DNA of 64,000 nt. It comes from Bacillota bacterium. GTDB lineage: Bacteria > Bacillota > Clostridia > Oscillospirales > Acutalibacteraceae. The DNA lies in assembly GCA_023418995.1 (NCBI GenBank), contig JAEZYP010000037.1, forward strand, positions 48,041 through 112,040. The letters are read 5' to 3'. Positions 53,372 to 63,141 of the stretch are shown piece after piece. The position numbers were made by a program, and so were the translations under genes. Below the pieces are notes generated by a model. It made no database searches and was not told the origin of the DNA. It saw only the letters and a list, made by a program, of their open reading frames with translations. The stretch's first letter is position 1. Every line of letters starts with the position of its first letter.

Positions 53372-53599
53372 TTAGCATCACTCCTTTTGAAAATTTATAG
53401 TCGATTCCCTTTAAAAACAGCTAAGTATTTGTGCGAATATTTTCGTGATGTAGGGCGGACGACAAAGTCAGGCTGGCACCTGGCAAGCAACACAGCGACA
53501 CAGAAAATATACCGCAAAGACTAGTATTTTGGAGTTAATTGACTATATAAGAGTGTCACCACTCTAAGACCTATAGGACTCAGGCATCCTATAGCATAT

Positions 53600-53627
53600 T
53601 TATCGTAAAATTCGACAAATTATTTAG
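53600..53627 (-). promoter_or_regulatory. Sigma-28/SigD-type promoter of the second MCP gene (~220-nt leader)
   Basis: Minus strand: CTAAA, 15-nt spacer, TACGATAA. Confidence 0.55.
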
Positions 53628-53700
53628 TGCTATTTCGGTACGACGTAAAATATTTTATAACATATAACAAATTTTTCCAATTACTGTGCGCAATTTCCAT

Positions 53701-53727
53701 AAAAAAACCTGTGGCAGAACCACAGGT
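53701..53727 (-). terminator. Intrinsic terminator after cheB
   Basis: Minus strand: ACCTGTGG-TTCTG-CCACAGGT, then TTTTTTT. Confidence 0.75.
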
Positions 53728-53740
53728 TAAGTTTTTCAGT

Positions 53741-54778
53741 TTATTTGGTTTTGTTCAGTCTTTGAATAATCAGACTCGCGATAGACTGGCATGGCGCCTG
53801 CTTGACAACAGCGCCGATATCATAGGCAACCATCGGCATTCCATATACCACACAGGATTGTTTATCCTGACCGATGGTATAAGCGCCGTTTTGCTTCATT
53901 TCCAAAAGACCGTTAGCGCCATCCTTTCCCATACCGGTAAGAATTACACCGATGGCATTTTCCCCGGCGGTCTTAGCAACAGATCTAAACAGCACGTCAA
54001 CAGACGGGCAATGACCGCTCACCTTTTCACCGGCGGCACATTTCACATAGTATCCTCTATAATCCTTTTCCAAGGTCATATGCTTATCTCCGGCCGCGAT
54101 CAATGCTTGACCGGGTACTACGCGGTCTCCGTTCTGGGCTTCCAACACTGTAAAGCTGCAAATCCGGTTCAGACGGTCCGCATACATTTTTGTAAAACCC
54201 ACCGGCATATGCTGGACAATAACAATTCCAGGAATATCAGAAGGCAGCTGCTTTAATATTTCTAAGGTTGCCTCGGTTCCTCCTGTGGAAGCGCCGATTG
54301 CTATAATCCTTTCGCTGGAGCCATCTGACTTGAAAACCGGAATTGGAATTGTGGAAATTAATGACGCTGCTTTCTTGACCTTAGCGCAGGAAGCAATTTT
54401 AATTTTTACGGATAGCTCGTTGCAAAACAGCAGGAAGTCCCTGCTGTTTTTAATATCCGGCTTTTTAACAAAATCTACGGCACCGACATCGAGAGCCTCA
54501 AAAATGCCGATATTTGCGGAGCTGACCAGCACGACCGGAAGCGGTCTTTTCGGAAGCAGCTCCCGCAAAAAATCAGTCCCCTTTTTATCCGGCATTTCCA
54601 CATCCATGGTTACGACATCCGGAGATAGCTCCTTGATTTTCTTTTCAGCCTCCGTCGCACTGCCGGCACTTCCAACAATTTCGATGCTGGCGTCATTACT
54701 CAGTGCTTTTTGCAACGCGGTTCGAAAAAACAACGAATCGTCTACAATCAAAACCTTTATGATATGATTAAGCGGCAT
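53741..54778 (-). CDS. cheB: Chemotaxis response regulator protein-glutamate methylesterase
   Basis: REC domain (VLIVDDSLFFR...) plus a CheB esterase domain (AIGASTGGTEA, ...GMGKDGA...). Confidence 0.9.
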   Translation of the reverse strand: MPLNHIIKVLIVDDSLFFRTALQKALSNDASIEIVGSAGSATEAEKKIKELSPDVVTMDVEMPDKKGTDFLRELLPKRPLPVVLVSSANIGIFEALDVGAVDFVKKPDIKNSRDFLLFCNELSVKIKIASCAKVKKAASLISTIPIPVFKSDGSSERIIAIGASTGGTEATLEILKQLPSDIPGIVIVQHMPVGFTKMYADRLNRICSFTVLEAQNGDRVVPGQALIAAGDKHMTLEKDYRGYYVKCAAGEKVSGHCPSVDVLFRSVAKTAGENAIGVILTGMGKDGANGLLEMKQNGAYTIGQDKQSCVVYGMPMVAYDIGAVVKQAPCQSIASLIIQRLNKTK

Positions 54779-54781
54779 TTG

Positions 54782-55615
54782 CTAATATCCTTTCTGGTAA
54801 ATAGAAGGCTGAATATAAATGAATTTTGACGTATCCCTCTGCACGGTCTCTGAGTGTCCAATAAACAAATAGCCGCCCGGCTTTAACACGTCGTAAAACT
54901 TATTAATCAGGATATTCCTGGTAGGCTGGTCAAAGTAAATCATCACGTTCCTGCAAAAAATCAGGTCAAACGGCTGTCGGAACGAAAATGGCTCCATAAG
55001 GTTCAAGGGACGGAAGATTACTTGTTTGCGTATCTCTTCATTTAAAACATAATGTTCACTGCCCTGTTTTGTGAAATATTTATGCTCCCAGGCAAGCGGA
55101 ATATTCTTTAAGGATTCTTTGCCGTATAATCCCTCCTGCGCCTCCTGCATCACCTTGGCGGAAATGTCGGTCGCCAGAATCCGGTAATCCCACACCGCTT
55201 TCTGAAGTCCGAAATAATCCATAATTACCATGATGGTGGTGTAAGCCTCTTCGCCGGAGGAACATCCCGCGCTCCAAATTCGAATATCCTTCTTCGCATT
55301 CGTTTTTTCATGAACGGGGAGGATCGTATTTCTTAGAAAATCAAAATGTGCTTCTTCCCGCATAAAGTATGTATGATTCGTGGTGAGCTTATTCAGCATG
55401 ATCGTGACTTCATTGGTATTATTCTGCTTGATCAGCTTAAAATAGTCGGTAAAATTGGTGAGCCCCTTTTCCGTTAGAACGGAAAACATCCTTGCTTCAA
55501 TGAGCTGCCGTTTGTTAATCAGATTAATTCCATAGTTGCTTTTAATATAGGATACAATATCCTCAAATTCCTGATCCGTTAAATGTATCATCCTACCCTC
55601 CAACAGTTCCTGCAC
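54782..55615 (-). CDS. cheR: Chemotaxis protein methyltransferase
   Basis: 277 aa; ...IRIWSAGCSSGEEAYT...IFCRNVMIYFD... are CheR SAM-binding motifs. Confidence 0.9.
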   Translation of the reverse strand: MQELLEGRMIHLTDQEFEDIVSYIKSNYGINLINKRQLIEARMFSVLTEKGLTNFTDYFKLIKQNNTNEVTIMLNKLTTNHTYFMREEAHFDFLRNTILPVHEKTNAKKDIRIWSAGCSSGEEAYTTIMVIMDYFGLQKAVWDYRILATDISAKVMQEAQEGLYGKESLKNIPLAWEHKYFTKQGSEHYVLNEEIRKQVIFRPLNLMEPFSFRQPFDLIFCRNVMIYFDQPTRNILINKFYDVLKPGGYLFIGHSETVQRDTSKFIYIQPSIYQKGY

Positions 55616-55623
55616 AACAACCC

Positions 55624-57684
55624 CTAATTGTTATTATAAAGATTCACGATATCCAGGATAAGCGTGATACTCCCGTCGCCCAAAACTGCACAGCCGGCAA
55701 CTCCGGTCTCTTTCACCTCGAACTGGTTGAGATAAGAGGGAAGCGATTTCACAACAACCTGCTGTTCACCCAGAAGATTATCCGCAAAAATGCAATACGC
55801 CTTTTCATGGTTTTCCACCAGAATTACAATACCTTCCTCGATATCCTTCACGTTCGTGTCAATATTAAAGGTATCGTGCAGACGGATAACCGGAAAATAC
55901 TGATTTCTCACCATTATAATCTCGTTGCCGTTGGTGTCGTGAAGCATACTGCTCTTGCTTACCTTGAACAGCTGCTTAATATTGTTGATCGGAATAGTGA
56001 ACACGGAATTTCCGACAGAAATCTTCATGCCGTTTACAATAGCAAGTGTCAGCGGAATTTTAAAGAGTGTCTTGGTTCCTTTGCCCAGCTCGCTGTCTAC
56101 GGTTACATCGCCGCCGATTTTCTCCACGTTCTTTTTCACGACATCCATTCCCACGCCGCGCCCGGAGTACTCGGTAACAACTTCATTCGTTGAAAAACCG
56201 GGCATCAGAAGAAAATTGTATACTTCTCTTGGGGTGTAATCCTTTTCCGGCTTTTTCAGCATGCCCTGCCGCTTTGCCTTTTCAAGTACGGATTTTCGGT
56301 TGATTCCTTTTCCATCGTCCTGAACCGCAATCAGAATTTCTCCTCCGGTGTTGTGCGCAGAAAGGATAACCTTACCCTTCGGTGATTTGTTGGTGTTTGC
56401 ACGCTCCTCCTTGGTTTCAATTCCGTGATCCATTGAATTGCGAACCAGGTGCATAATTGGGTCGCCGATATTGTCGATGATCGTCTTATCTACTTCCGTG
56501 TCTTCACCGACCAAAATCAATTCCACATCTTTATCCAGCTTCTTACTCATATCCCTTACAATACGGTTCATTTTCTGAAAAATTCCGGAAATCGGAACCA
56601 TGCGGATAGACATTACAATTTCCTGCAGCTCGTCGGTCAGCTTGCGAAGCTGGCGGGAGGCCTTTGTAAAGTTGTTGTCAATGCCGGCATTCTGAGCGGA
56701 AGGAGCCGAGGTCACCATGGACTCGGTGATAACGATTTCTCCCATTAAATCCATCAGGTTGTCCAGCTTTGAGAGGTTGACATTGATCAGGTTTTGCTTT
56801 ACGGCAGAGTGACCCGGCGTGGCGTTTTCAGGGGACACATTCTCCGATTTTTCATCCTGAACTGCTGTTTTGTCAATAACAGGAGTGTCAATTACCGTAT
56901 AATTTTTTGTATACACAAAATTTTCGATCAGCTTCAGCGTCGCCTTTAAACCGGATTCCTCTTTGTAATAGATGGTAAATCCGTTCTGGATAATAACATC
57001 GGCGCTCTGCTTGTTGGTGTCGATATCCTTCGGCTCGTACCGGATATCGGGGTAAACCTCGGAAATTGCCTGCACCAGCATCAGAGCGCGGAGGTTTTCC
57101 ATTTCGGTTTCCTCTTCAAAGAACACTCTTACCGCGTAGGGATAATCTTTGTCGGTATTGACCGGAACAGCAGGTTTGACCTCGGCTACCTCCTGCGGCG
57201 CAGGCTGTTCGACCGGTTTCGGCTGAAGCTGAACAACAGTGGGAGCAACCGGAACCACGGCAGGCTTTTCAACAATTTCTGAATTCGAAATCTTTTTCAG
57301 GAAATCATTAATTTCCGCCTCAAAAGTGCCGATATTTGTAGTAAGCGGTTCATTATTTTCAACCTTGGACACTTCTTCCTTGATAAAGTCACTGGACTTG
57401 AACATCAGATCAAAGAGTTCATTGTAATACTTTGAGTTAATTCCGTGCTCTCTTACATAATAGAAAAGATCCTCCACCTTATGTGAAATCGTTGCAAGAC
57501 TGTTAAACTGCATCATAGCAGAAGAGCCTTTGATCGTGTGCATGATCCGAAAAATCTCATTTATGCTGTCGGTGTCAAAAGCATTTGCTTTTTCGCAGTT
57601 AAGCAATATTTCGTCAAGGTGTTCCAGCAAATCGTTTGCTTCAAACAAATATACTTCGAGCATAGATTCCATGTTATTATCCAT
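55624..57684 (-). CDS. cheA: Chemotaxis histidine kinase
   Basis: Hpt H-box FRIMHTIKGSSAMM, HATPase region (...HLVRNSMDHGIE...GRGVGMDVV) and a C-terminal CheW-like domain. Confidence 0.92.
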   Translation of the reverse strand: MDNNMESMLEVYLFEANDLLEHLDEILLNCEKANAFDTDSINEIFRIMHTIKGSSAMMQFNSLATISHKVEDLFYYVREHGINSKYYNELFDLMFKSSDFIKEEVSKVENNEPLTTNIGTFEAEINDFLKKISNSEIVEKPAVVPVAPTVVQLQPKPVEQPAPQEVAEVKPAVPVNTDKDYPYAVRVFFEEETEMENLRALMLVQAISEVYPDIRYEPKDIDTNKQSADVIIQNGFTIYYKEESGLKATLKLIENFVYTKNYTVIDTPVIDKTAVQDEKSENVSPENATPGHSAVKQNLINVNLSKLDNLMDLMGEIVITESMVTSAPSAQNAGIDNNFTKASRQLRKLTDELQEIVMSIRMVPISGIFQKMNRIVRDMSKKLDKDVELILVGEDTEVDKTIIDNIGDPIMHLVRNSMDHGIETKEERANTNKSPKGKVILSAHNTGGEILIAVQDDGKGINRKSVLEKAKRQGMLKKPEKDYTPREVYNFLLMPGFSTNEVVTEYSGRGVGMDVVKKNVEKIGGDVTVDSELGKGTKTLFKIPLTLAIVNGMKISVGNSVFTIPINNIKQLFKVSKSSMLHDTNGNEIIMVRNQYFPVIRLHDTFNIDTNVKDIEEGIVILVENHEKAYCIFADNLLGEQQVVVKSLPSYLNQFEVKETGVAGCAVLGDGSITLILDIVNLYNNN

Positions 57685-57719
57685 GTATATTTCACCGCCT
57701 AATTTACTTTATATCTTAT

Positions 57720-57746
57720 ATATCGAAACAATTCTGATAAAATTAA
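57720..57746 (-). promoter_or_regulatory. Sigma-28/SigD-type promoter of cheA-cheR-cheB
   Basis: Minus strand: TTAAT, 13-nt spacer, TTCGATAT; about 30 nt upstream of the cheA ATG. Confidence 0.5.
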
Positions 57747-57785
57747 CTCATTAAATACCAAAATTTTTATTTTTGAGGTGTTTTT

Positions 57786-59207
57786 ATGCCGGATAATCTA
57801 CGCATTACCACTCCAATTACAACAAATGAAGGACTAAATAAGCTTCAGCCCCCAAAACAGCCCATGCCTCCGCTTGCTGTAAACCCCTCGGTGCTGGACC
57901 ATCCCGGCGTAGAAAATCAGTCGGATCAAAACAATGCTTTTAACACCCTGATAAACCGTAATTCTGTTTTCAGCAAATTCGTTGAGCAGCTGAACCAGAC
58001 GCCGGGCCTTTCAGAAACCATGCAGCAAATCATGCTGGATCTTTTCAACCGGTCGGACGATATTCAGAATTCAAGAGTCTTTTCTCCCGCAATGAAGCAG
58101 CTTGCAGCCGCAATGAAAATGGGAAGCGCGGACATTTTGAAAAACCTGCTGTTCCAGAGCAGCAACCAGACAAAATTTTCCGCTCCGATATTCGCTATCT
58201 TCCGCCAGATTTCCCGCCAGTATCCAAACAGTGATTTCGACGCGCGCCTGATAAACCTGCTAAAAGCATATGATTCTTTTTTCTCCATCGGAGATACAAC
58301 AGAATCAATCGTAAAGGAACTGAGCACCCTGACCCGGCAGATTCCAAACTCCTACGGAACAAAAATACAGGAGCTGATCGGCGAGCTGAATACAAACCAG
58401 CCGGTGGAACGCCAGCAGGAAAATCTTACGGCTTTAAAGGAAAAAGTCATCCCGCTTTTGAGCAAATATGTTTCTGCCACAAATGATTTCGGCCGGGCAC
58501 GTGACAGTATTACCCTTGTCGTTCACGACATTGCAAGGCTGAATGTCGGTTCCCGGCAGGAGCTTGTGGATCAGTTCAACAATCTGGTTGATTACTGCCG
58601 GTACCAGTTAAACTTTACACCCGCTAAAATTGAGGAAATCAAAGCGATGTTTATCCAGCATCTGAATCAGGCCTCGCAGGAGCCTCAAAACAACTTTTTC
58701 TCCTCCCTGATCAGTGCGCTGGAGGAAAGCCCGAGGCAAAGCTCCTCCAACGTAAACCTAGCGGTCAACCGGGATACCATTACCTCCCTGCTTCTGAACA
58801 ACAGCGTGTTCATGCCCTTTACCCACCTGTTTTTGCCAATTAACTATAACGGACAGTTTCTGTTCTCTGAAATCTGGATTGAAAAGAACGACAAAGACAG
58901 CAATGCTTCCCCGGATTTTGCAAACCGCCAGCCAACCAGACTCCTGTTGAACTTTGATATCAAGGGACTGGGATATTTTGAAGCTTCCATTGAATTACTG
59001 GAAACAAAGGCAAACGTCAGTTTAAGCTGCCCGGTCTCCCTTGCCGACAAAAATATGGAGATTAGCAGAAAGGTCTCGGAAATTTTCTCCCAAAATGGGC
59101 TTACCGCCGAAAACGTTCAGATTTCCGCACAGCGCAGCCCAACCACCCCCAAAAAAATTCTCAAAAAAGTGAATGAGAGAAGGAGCGGTATCGATGTCAC
59201 AGTATGA
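57786..59207 (+). CDS. FliK-like protein (hook-length-control C-terminal-domain-like), function unknown
   Basis: Pro/Gln-rich N-terminus. C-terminal ...LLLNFDIKGLGYFEASIELLETKANVSLSCPVSLADKNMEISRKVSEIFSQNGLTAENVQIS resembles the FliK C-terminal domain pattern. Confidence 0.4.
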   Translation: MPDNLRITTPITTNEGLNKLQPPKQPMPPLAVNPSVLDHPGVENQSDQNNAFNTLINRNSVFSKFVEQLNQTPGLSETMQQIMLDLFNRSDDIQNSRVFSPAMKQLAAAMKMGSADILKNLLFQSSNQTKFSAPIFAIFRQISRQYPNSDFDARLINLLKAYDSFFSIGDTTESIVKELSTLTRQIPNSYGTKIQELIGELNTNQPVERQQENLTALKEKVIPLLSKYVSATNDFGRARDSITLVVHDIARLNVGSRQELVDQFNNLVDYCRYQLNFTPAKIEEIKAMFIQHLNQASQEPQNNFFSSLISALEESPRQSSSNVNLAVNRDTITSLLLNNSVFMPFTHLFLPINYNGQFLFSEIWIEKNDKDSNASPDFANRQPTRLLLNFDIKGLGYFEASIELLETKANVSLSCPVSLADKNMEISRKVSEIFSQNGLTAENVQISAQRSPTTPKKILKKVNERRSGIDVTV

Positions 59208-59556
59208 TAAAGCAAACCGTGCCGCGGCACTGAAATACTCACAGGATTCCGCTCACAGCGCGCCTGTTGTGGTTGCTTCCGGGCTGGGGTATGTCGCCCA
59301 GAAAATTATCTCTGTCGCTCAGGATAACAGCATTCCCGTTTACCAGGATGATTCCCTCGCCTCCCTTCTGACTCAGCTCAACGTCGGCAGTGAAATTCCG
59401 CCTGAGCTTTACCAGGCAATTGTAGATATTTACATATATTTTTTAAACTTTCAGGTGAAGGATTCGCAGCTACCACCTTCGGAAAAGACAGGTGATTTTA
59501 CATCGACCGGATTTCAAGAGACTGAGTTTACCGGCAAAAAACAAAATGAAGATTAA
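59194..59556 (+). CDS. FlhB C-terminal-domain-like protein (EscU/YscU/HrcU family; YlqH-like)
   Basis: From ATG 59194 (AAGGAG RBS): MSQYDKANRAAALKYSQDSAHSAPVVVASGLGYVAQKIISVAQDNSIPVYQDDSLASLL.... Confidence 0.7.
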   Translation: MSQYDKANRAAALKYSQDSAHSAPVVVASGLGYVAQKIISVAQDNSIPVYQDDSLASLLTQLNVGSEIPPELYQAIVDIYIYFLNFQVKDSQLPPSEKTGDFTSTGFQETEFTGKKQNED

Positions 59557-59614
59557 TCTGACAGAAAAATTCCATTAAATTACTGAAAAATGTAATTTTT
59601 CTATTCCGAAATGC

Positions 59615-59640
59615 TAATTTTTTTTAAATTGGGTCGATAT
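59615..59640 (+). promoter_or_regulatory. Sigma-28/SigD-type promoter upstream of cheW-pilZ-cheW-mcp
   Basis: CTAAT, 14-nt spacer, GTCGATAT. Same layout as the promoter at 51102-51128. Confidence 0.5.
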
Positions 59641-59740
59641 ATTTTATAACGGTTATCATTAAAAAATGAATTAGGATAACTGCGTCAAGTTTGCCGAAAT
59701 CAGTTGACAAAATTTATCCGTTACGGCAGCGGTAGAAACG

Positions 59741-60253
59741 GTGATAGACATGGAAAATAAAGTAGAAGATACATTGAGAATTAACAGCATTGACAATGAC
59801 TTCACGGAAAAATACCTGACCTTTTTTATCGGGGAACAGATTTTCGCGGTTCAAAGCAGCTCCGTCATTGAAATCATCCGAATGCAGCCCATTACTTTTA
59901 TGCCTAAGCTGCCTGCCTTTGTAAAGGGCGTAATTAATCTCAGAGGTAAGATTGTACCTTTAATTGATCTCAGAATCAAGCTTGGCAAGGAACCAAGGGA
60001 ATACGACGAACACACCAGCATCGTCGTACTGGATACAAACGAGACCAGTGTCGGGTTTATCGTAGACAGAGTTAATGACGTAGCGGATATTGCCAAATCA
60101 CAGATCAGCGAATCACCAAGACTTGCCAAGGATTCAGATAGCGGTTATGTTTCCGGCATCGCCACGCTTGACACCCAAGTGGCAATGATTTTGAACCTGA
60201 CCAGTATTTTAACGGAAGACAGCGAAGAGGCTAAAACCGCAAAGGCCATATAG
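59741..60253 (+). CDS. cheW: Chemotaxis coupling protein CheW
   Basis: ...[54 protein letters not shown].... The start is GTG 59741 or ATG 59750. Confidence 0.88.
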   Translation: MIDMENKVEDTLRINSIDNDFTEKYLTFFIGEQIFAVQSSSVIEIIRMQPITFMPKLPAFVKGVINLRGKIVPLIDLRIKLGKEPREYDEHTSIVVLDTNETSVGFIVDRVNDVADIAKSQISESPRLAKDSDSGYVSGIATLDTQVAMILNLTSILTEDSEEAKTAKAI

Positions 60254-60333
60254 GGCTCTTTCTTCAAGCTGGTCTCTGATTTTCTAAGCAATCTTGTTTT
60301 CTAAGGAAAAACTTTGTTTTGGAGGTACTCCTG

Positions 60334-60978
60334 ATGCAACCGATATCTCAACAGTATCTAAGGTCAAGTTGTGAAATCAGAACCCTCGATGATAAACGGC
60401 TTACCACCGGAACACTGAATGATTTTGATGAAAAGGATATAAAAATCGGAAAAGGAACCGATTTTCTTCCTACAATACATTGCGGAACACTCGTGAAGAT
60501 TATCATCAAGCCGGATAATCTGGATATGCTGGACTTAATCGGGAAGGTATATTTATCCTCGCCGGAAATGCTGCAAATTACGAATGTTCAGGATCAGAAT
60601 GATTTTGAACGCCGAAATTTTTTTCGGCTCAGGCTTAATTTACATACGCAGGCCTACCCATCCCAAAACGACGGATCTCCGATTCAGCCGGTTGAGGTAT
60701 TCCAGATTTATGTTAACGATTTGAGTTTGAGCGGTTTTTTCATAAAGACAAGAAAGACCTTGAGGATTGGAGACTATTTTAACGCAACTCTTCCCCTTGC
60801 TGATGTCCGGGTATCTTTCATCTGCAAGGTTCAGAGATTTCAAAAAGCAAACAGCCGGTCAAATGGCTACGGCTGCTCCTTCGAGAATAATACCAACCGC
60901 CAGTTTGATTTGCTTTGCAAGTACATATTTGAAAAACAGCGTGAGCAGATTAGAAGTGCCAGAAATGAATTGTACTAA
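60334..60978 (+). CDS. PilZ-domain c-di-GMP receptor (YcgR-like)
   Basis: RRNFFR (RRxxxR) and DLSLSG (DxSxxG) motifs with the expected spacing. ATG 60334 is preceded by GGAGG. Confidence 0.75.
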   Translation: MQPISQQYLRSSCEIRTLDDKRLTTGTLNDFDEKDIKIGKGTDFLPTIHCGTLVKIIIKPDNLDMLDLIGKVYLSSPEMLQITNVQDQNDFERRNFFRLRLNLHTQAYPSQNDGSPIQPVEVFQIYVNDLSLSGFFIKTRKTLRIGDYFNATLPLADVRVSFICKVQRFQKANSRSNGYGCSFENNTNRQFDLLCKYIFEKQREQIRSARNELY

Positions 60979-61010
60979 TCATTTATTATAATCTAAAATG
61001 AGGTGATCTT

Positions 61011-61529
61011 ATGGAAATTACACAAGAAATCGATACTCTGAACGAAGAAACCGTAATTGATGAGATGAAAGGGAAATACCTGACTTTTTGGACGGACAGC
61101 CAGCTTTTCGGCGTTCCGATTGCCGATGTAGTTCAAATCATCGGTATTCAGGAAATCACGCCTATTCCTGATTCTCCTGTGTACGCAAAAGGGGTTATCA
61201 ATCTTCGCGGCAATATCATTCCGGTGATCGATGTGCGACTCAGATTCAGTAAAACAGAAGAAGCCTACAATGAGAGAACCTGTATTATCGTAACAAGAAT
61301 TGACCAGAATTATATCGGCTTCATTGTCGATTCTGTCGATGAAGTTACCAACATAGGTGATGAAGATATTTCTCCCGCGCCGAAGGTTTCAAAAGACCGC
61401 ACTAACGCCTATCTTTCCGGTATCGGCAAGGTAGAGAACAAAGTGGTTCTCCTTCTGGATACGAGCAAAATTTTGAATGAGAGTGAGATTCAGCAGGTGA
61501 GCGACGCTGTCTCTGTGCTTAACAATTAA
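61011..61529 (+). CDS. cheW: Chemotaxis coupling protein CheW (second copy)
   Basis: ...[54 protein letters not shown].... Confidence 0.88.
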   Translation: MEITQEIDTLNEETVIDEMKGKYLTFWTDSQLFGVPIADVVQIIGIQEITPIPDSPVYAKGVINLRGNIIPVIDVRLRFSKTEEAYNERTCIIVTRIDQNYIGFIVDSVDEVTNIGDEDISPAPKVSKDRTNAYLSGIGKVENKVVLLLDTSKILNESEIQQVSDAVSVLNN

Positions 61530-61549
61530 TAAATGAGGCGAATTTATCA

Positions 61550-62791
61550 ATGAAGGTTAAAACTAAGGTTTTCTTTGTCAATTTTCTCCTTGCCGTTTTA
61601 TCGGTTGTAAGCGGCGCGGGCGCAGTTCTTATGTTGCTGCAGTACCATTCTTCAATCGCCGCCGGCAGCCTGATTGTACTGCCGCTGGTTCTGGTTCTCA
61701 TTATCACAAAAGTCTCCTCTTCTCTTATCATAAAGCCAATCGAATACTTTCGGGAATCCTTTTTAAAAATGTCTCAGGGTGATTTGAATGTCACTGTCGA
61801 CTATAACGATACATTCGAATTTACTGAATTGGGACAGGCTTTAAACGCAACAATGGAATATCTGAGACGGTATATCAATGATATTAAAGCTACTTTAAAT
61901 ACGTTGGCAAATGGGAATTTTGATGTGGAAATCAACAATCACTACCAGGGCGAATTTGAAGAAATCCGCCAGGCTCTGGAAGGCATCGTATCCATGCTAA
62001 ACAACACGCTGTCCAAGTTCAGCAATACTTCCAGCCAGGTATCCATGTTCTCCGATCAGGTATCCAACGTCGCCCAGACACTTGCACAGGGCGCGACCGA
62101 GCAGGCGAGTTCAATTGAGCAATTATCCGCTACGATTTCTGAAATATCCGCTAATGTAAAACAAAACGCGTCCAGTGCGTCTGACGCAAATCGCTCTTCT
62201 ACAACCGCACAGGAAAAAATGCATGAAGTATCTGAGGAAATGGACAAAATGCTTCAGGCTATGTCTGAGATCAGCGAGATGTCCGCAAGGATTAGCAATA
62301 TTATTAAAACGATTGACGATATTGCCAGTCAAACCAACATTCTCGCCCTGAACGCAGCGGTTGAAGCTGCAAGAGCCGGAGCTGCCGGAAAAGGCTTTGC
62401 TGTTGTAGCGGATGAAGTTCGCAACCTCGCAAGCAAAAGCGCGGAAGCCGCTAAAAACACCACGGACTTGATTGAAAGCTCTATTCTGGCAATCGAAAAC
62501 GGAAAGAGAATTGCTGATACCACTGCGAAAACCTTAGATGAGGTTATCGACGCAACTTCAAAGTCAACTCAGTTAATCAATAATATTGCTCAGGCTTCCA
62601 ATGAACAGGCGACCTCCATCAGTCAGGTTACCCTGGGCGTTGAGCAAATATCCGCCGTTGTTCAGACAAACTCAGCAACCGCAGAAGAAGGAGCGGCTTC
62701 AAGTGAAGAAATGTCAAAGCAGGCAAAGCACCTGAAATCTTTGGTAAATGAGTTTTCACTGAAGCAGGCCGTTTATTCTGTTGCCGAGTAA
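61550..62791 (+). CDS. Methyl-accepting chemotaxis protein without a ligand-binding domain (TM hairpin, HAMP, MA)
   Basis: Two TM helices are separated by ~8 residues. The MA domain reads ...[39 protein letters not shown]. Confidence 0.85.
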   Translation: MKVKTKVFFVNFLLAVLSVVSGAGAVLMLLQYHSSIAAGSLIVLPLVLVLIITKVSSSLIIKPIEYFRESFLKMSQGDLNVTVDYNDTFEFTELGQALNATMEYLRRYINDIKATLNTLANGNFDVEINNHYQGEFEEIRQALEGIVSMLNNTLSKFSNTSSQVSMFSDQVSNVAQTLAQGATEQASSIEQLSATISEISANVKQNASSASDANRSSTTAQEKMHEVSEEMDKMLQAMSEISEMSARISNIIKTIDDIASQTNILALNAAVEAARAGAAGKGFAVVADEVRNLASKSAEAAKNTTDLIESSILAIENGKRIADTTAKTLDEVIDATSKSTQLINNIAQASNEQATSISQVTLGVEQISAVVQTNSATAEEGAASSEEMSKQAKHLKSLVNEFSLKQAVYSVAE

Positions 62792-62817
62792 TGTTTAAGG
62801 TCCTACATTAAATATAA

Positions 62818-62860
62818 ATCTCCCGTCGCGGTGTTGAACTCTGCGGCGAGAGATTTTTTA
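62818..62860 (+). terminator. Intrinsic terminator after the third MCP gene
   Basis: ATCTCCCGTCGC...GCGGCGAGAGAT (12-bp stem, 1 mismatch, 1 G-U), then TTTTTATT. Confidence 0.65.
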
Positions 62861-63141
62861 TTGCTTTACGCCAAATCACGGGAGAAATCAAAACTATTTC
62901 GCACTTTACAGGATTATTTTTCTATTCTATAATAGCTTTGATAATCAATTATTGTCACTCCTTGAAATTAACATACTTTCCTTTTCGTAATACAAGGCCG
63001 AGGTTCAGTCTGCCGCCTTGCGGCAACACAAAACCAGACGTAAAGGCTGCGCATTTTGGAGATGAAAGACTATAACTACCGAAAAATTGTAAATTTCACT
63101 GCCTCATTGAAATAGCATTAAACGGAAGGAGATTATCACAG

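Noticed and set aside
53474-53489. Sigma-54 promoter-like TGGCAC-N5-AAGCA
   Set aside because: The -12 element is AAGC rather than TTGC. The motif also points away from any gene, since it is on the plus strand with cheB and the MCP genes on the minus strand.
53627-54256. 209-aa plus-strand ORF
   Set aside because: It is antisense to cheB and crosses the cheB terminator, and no RBS is present.
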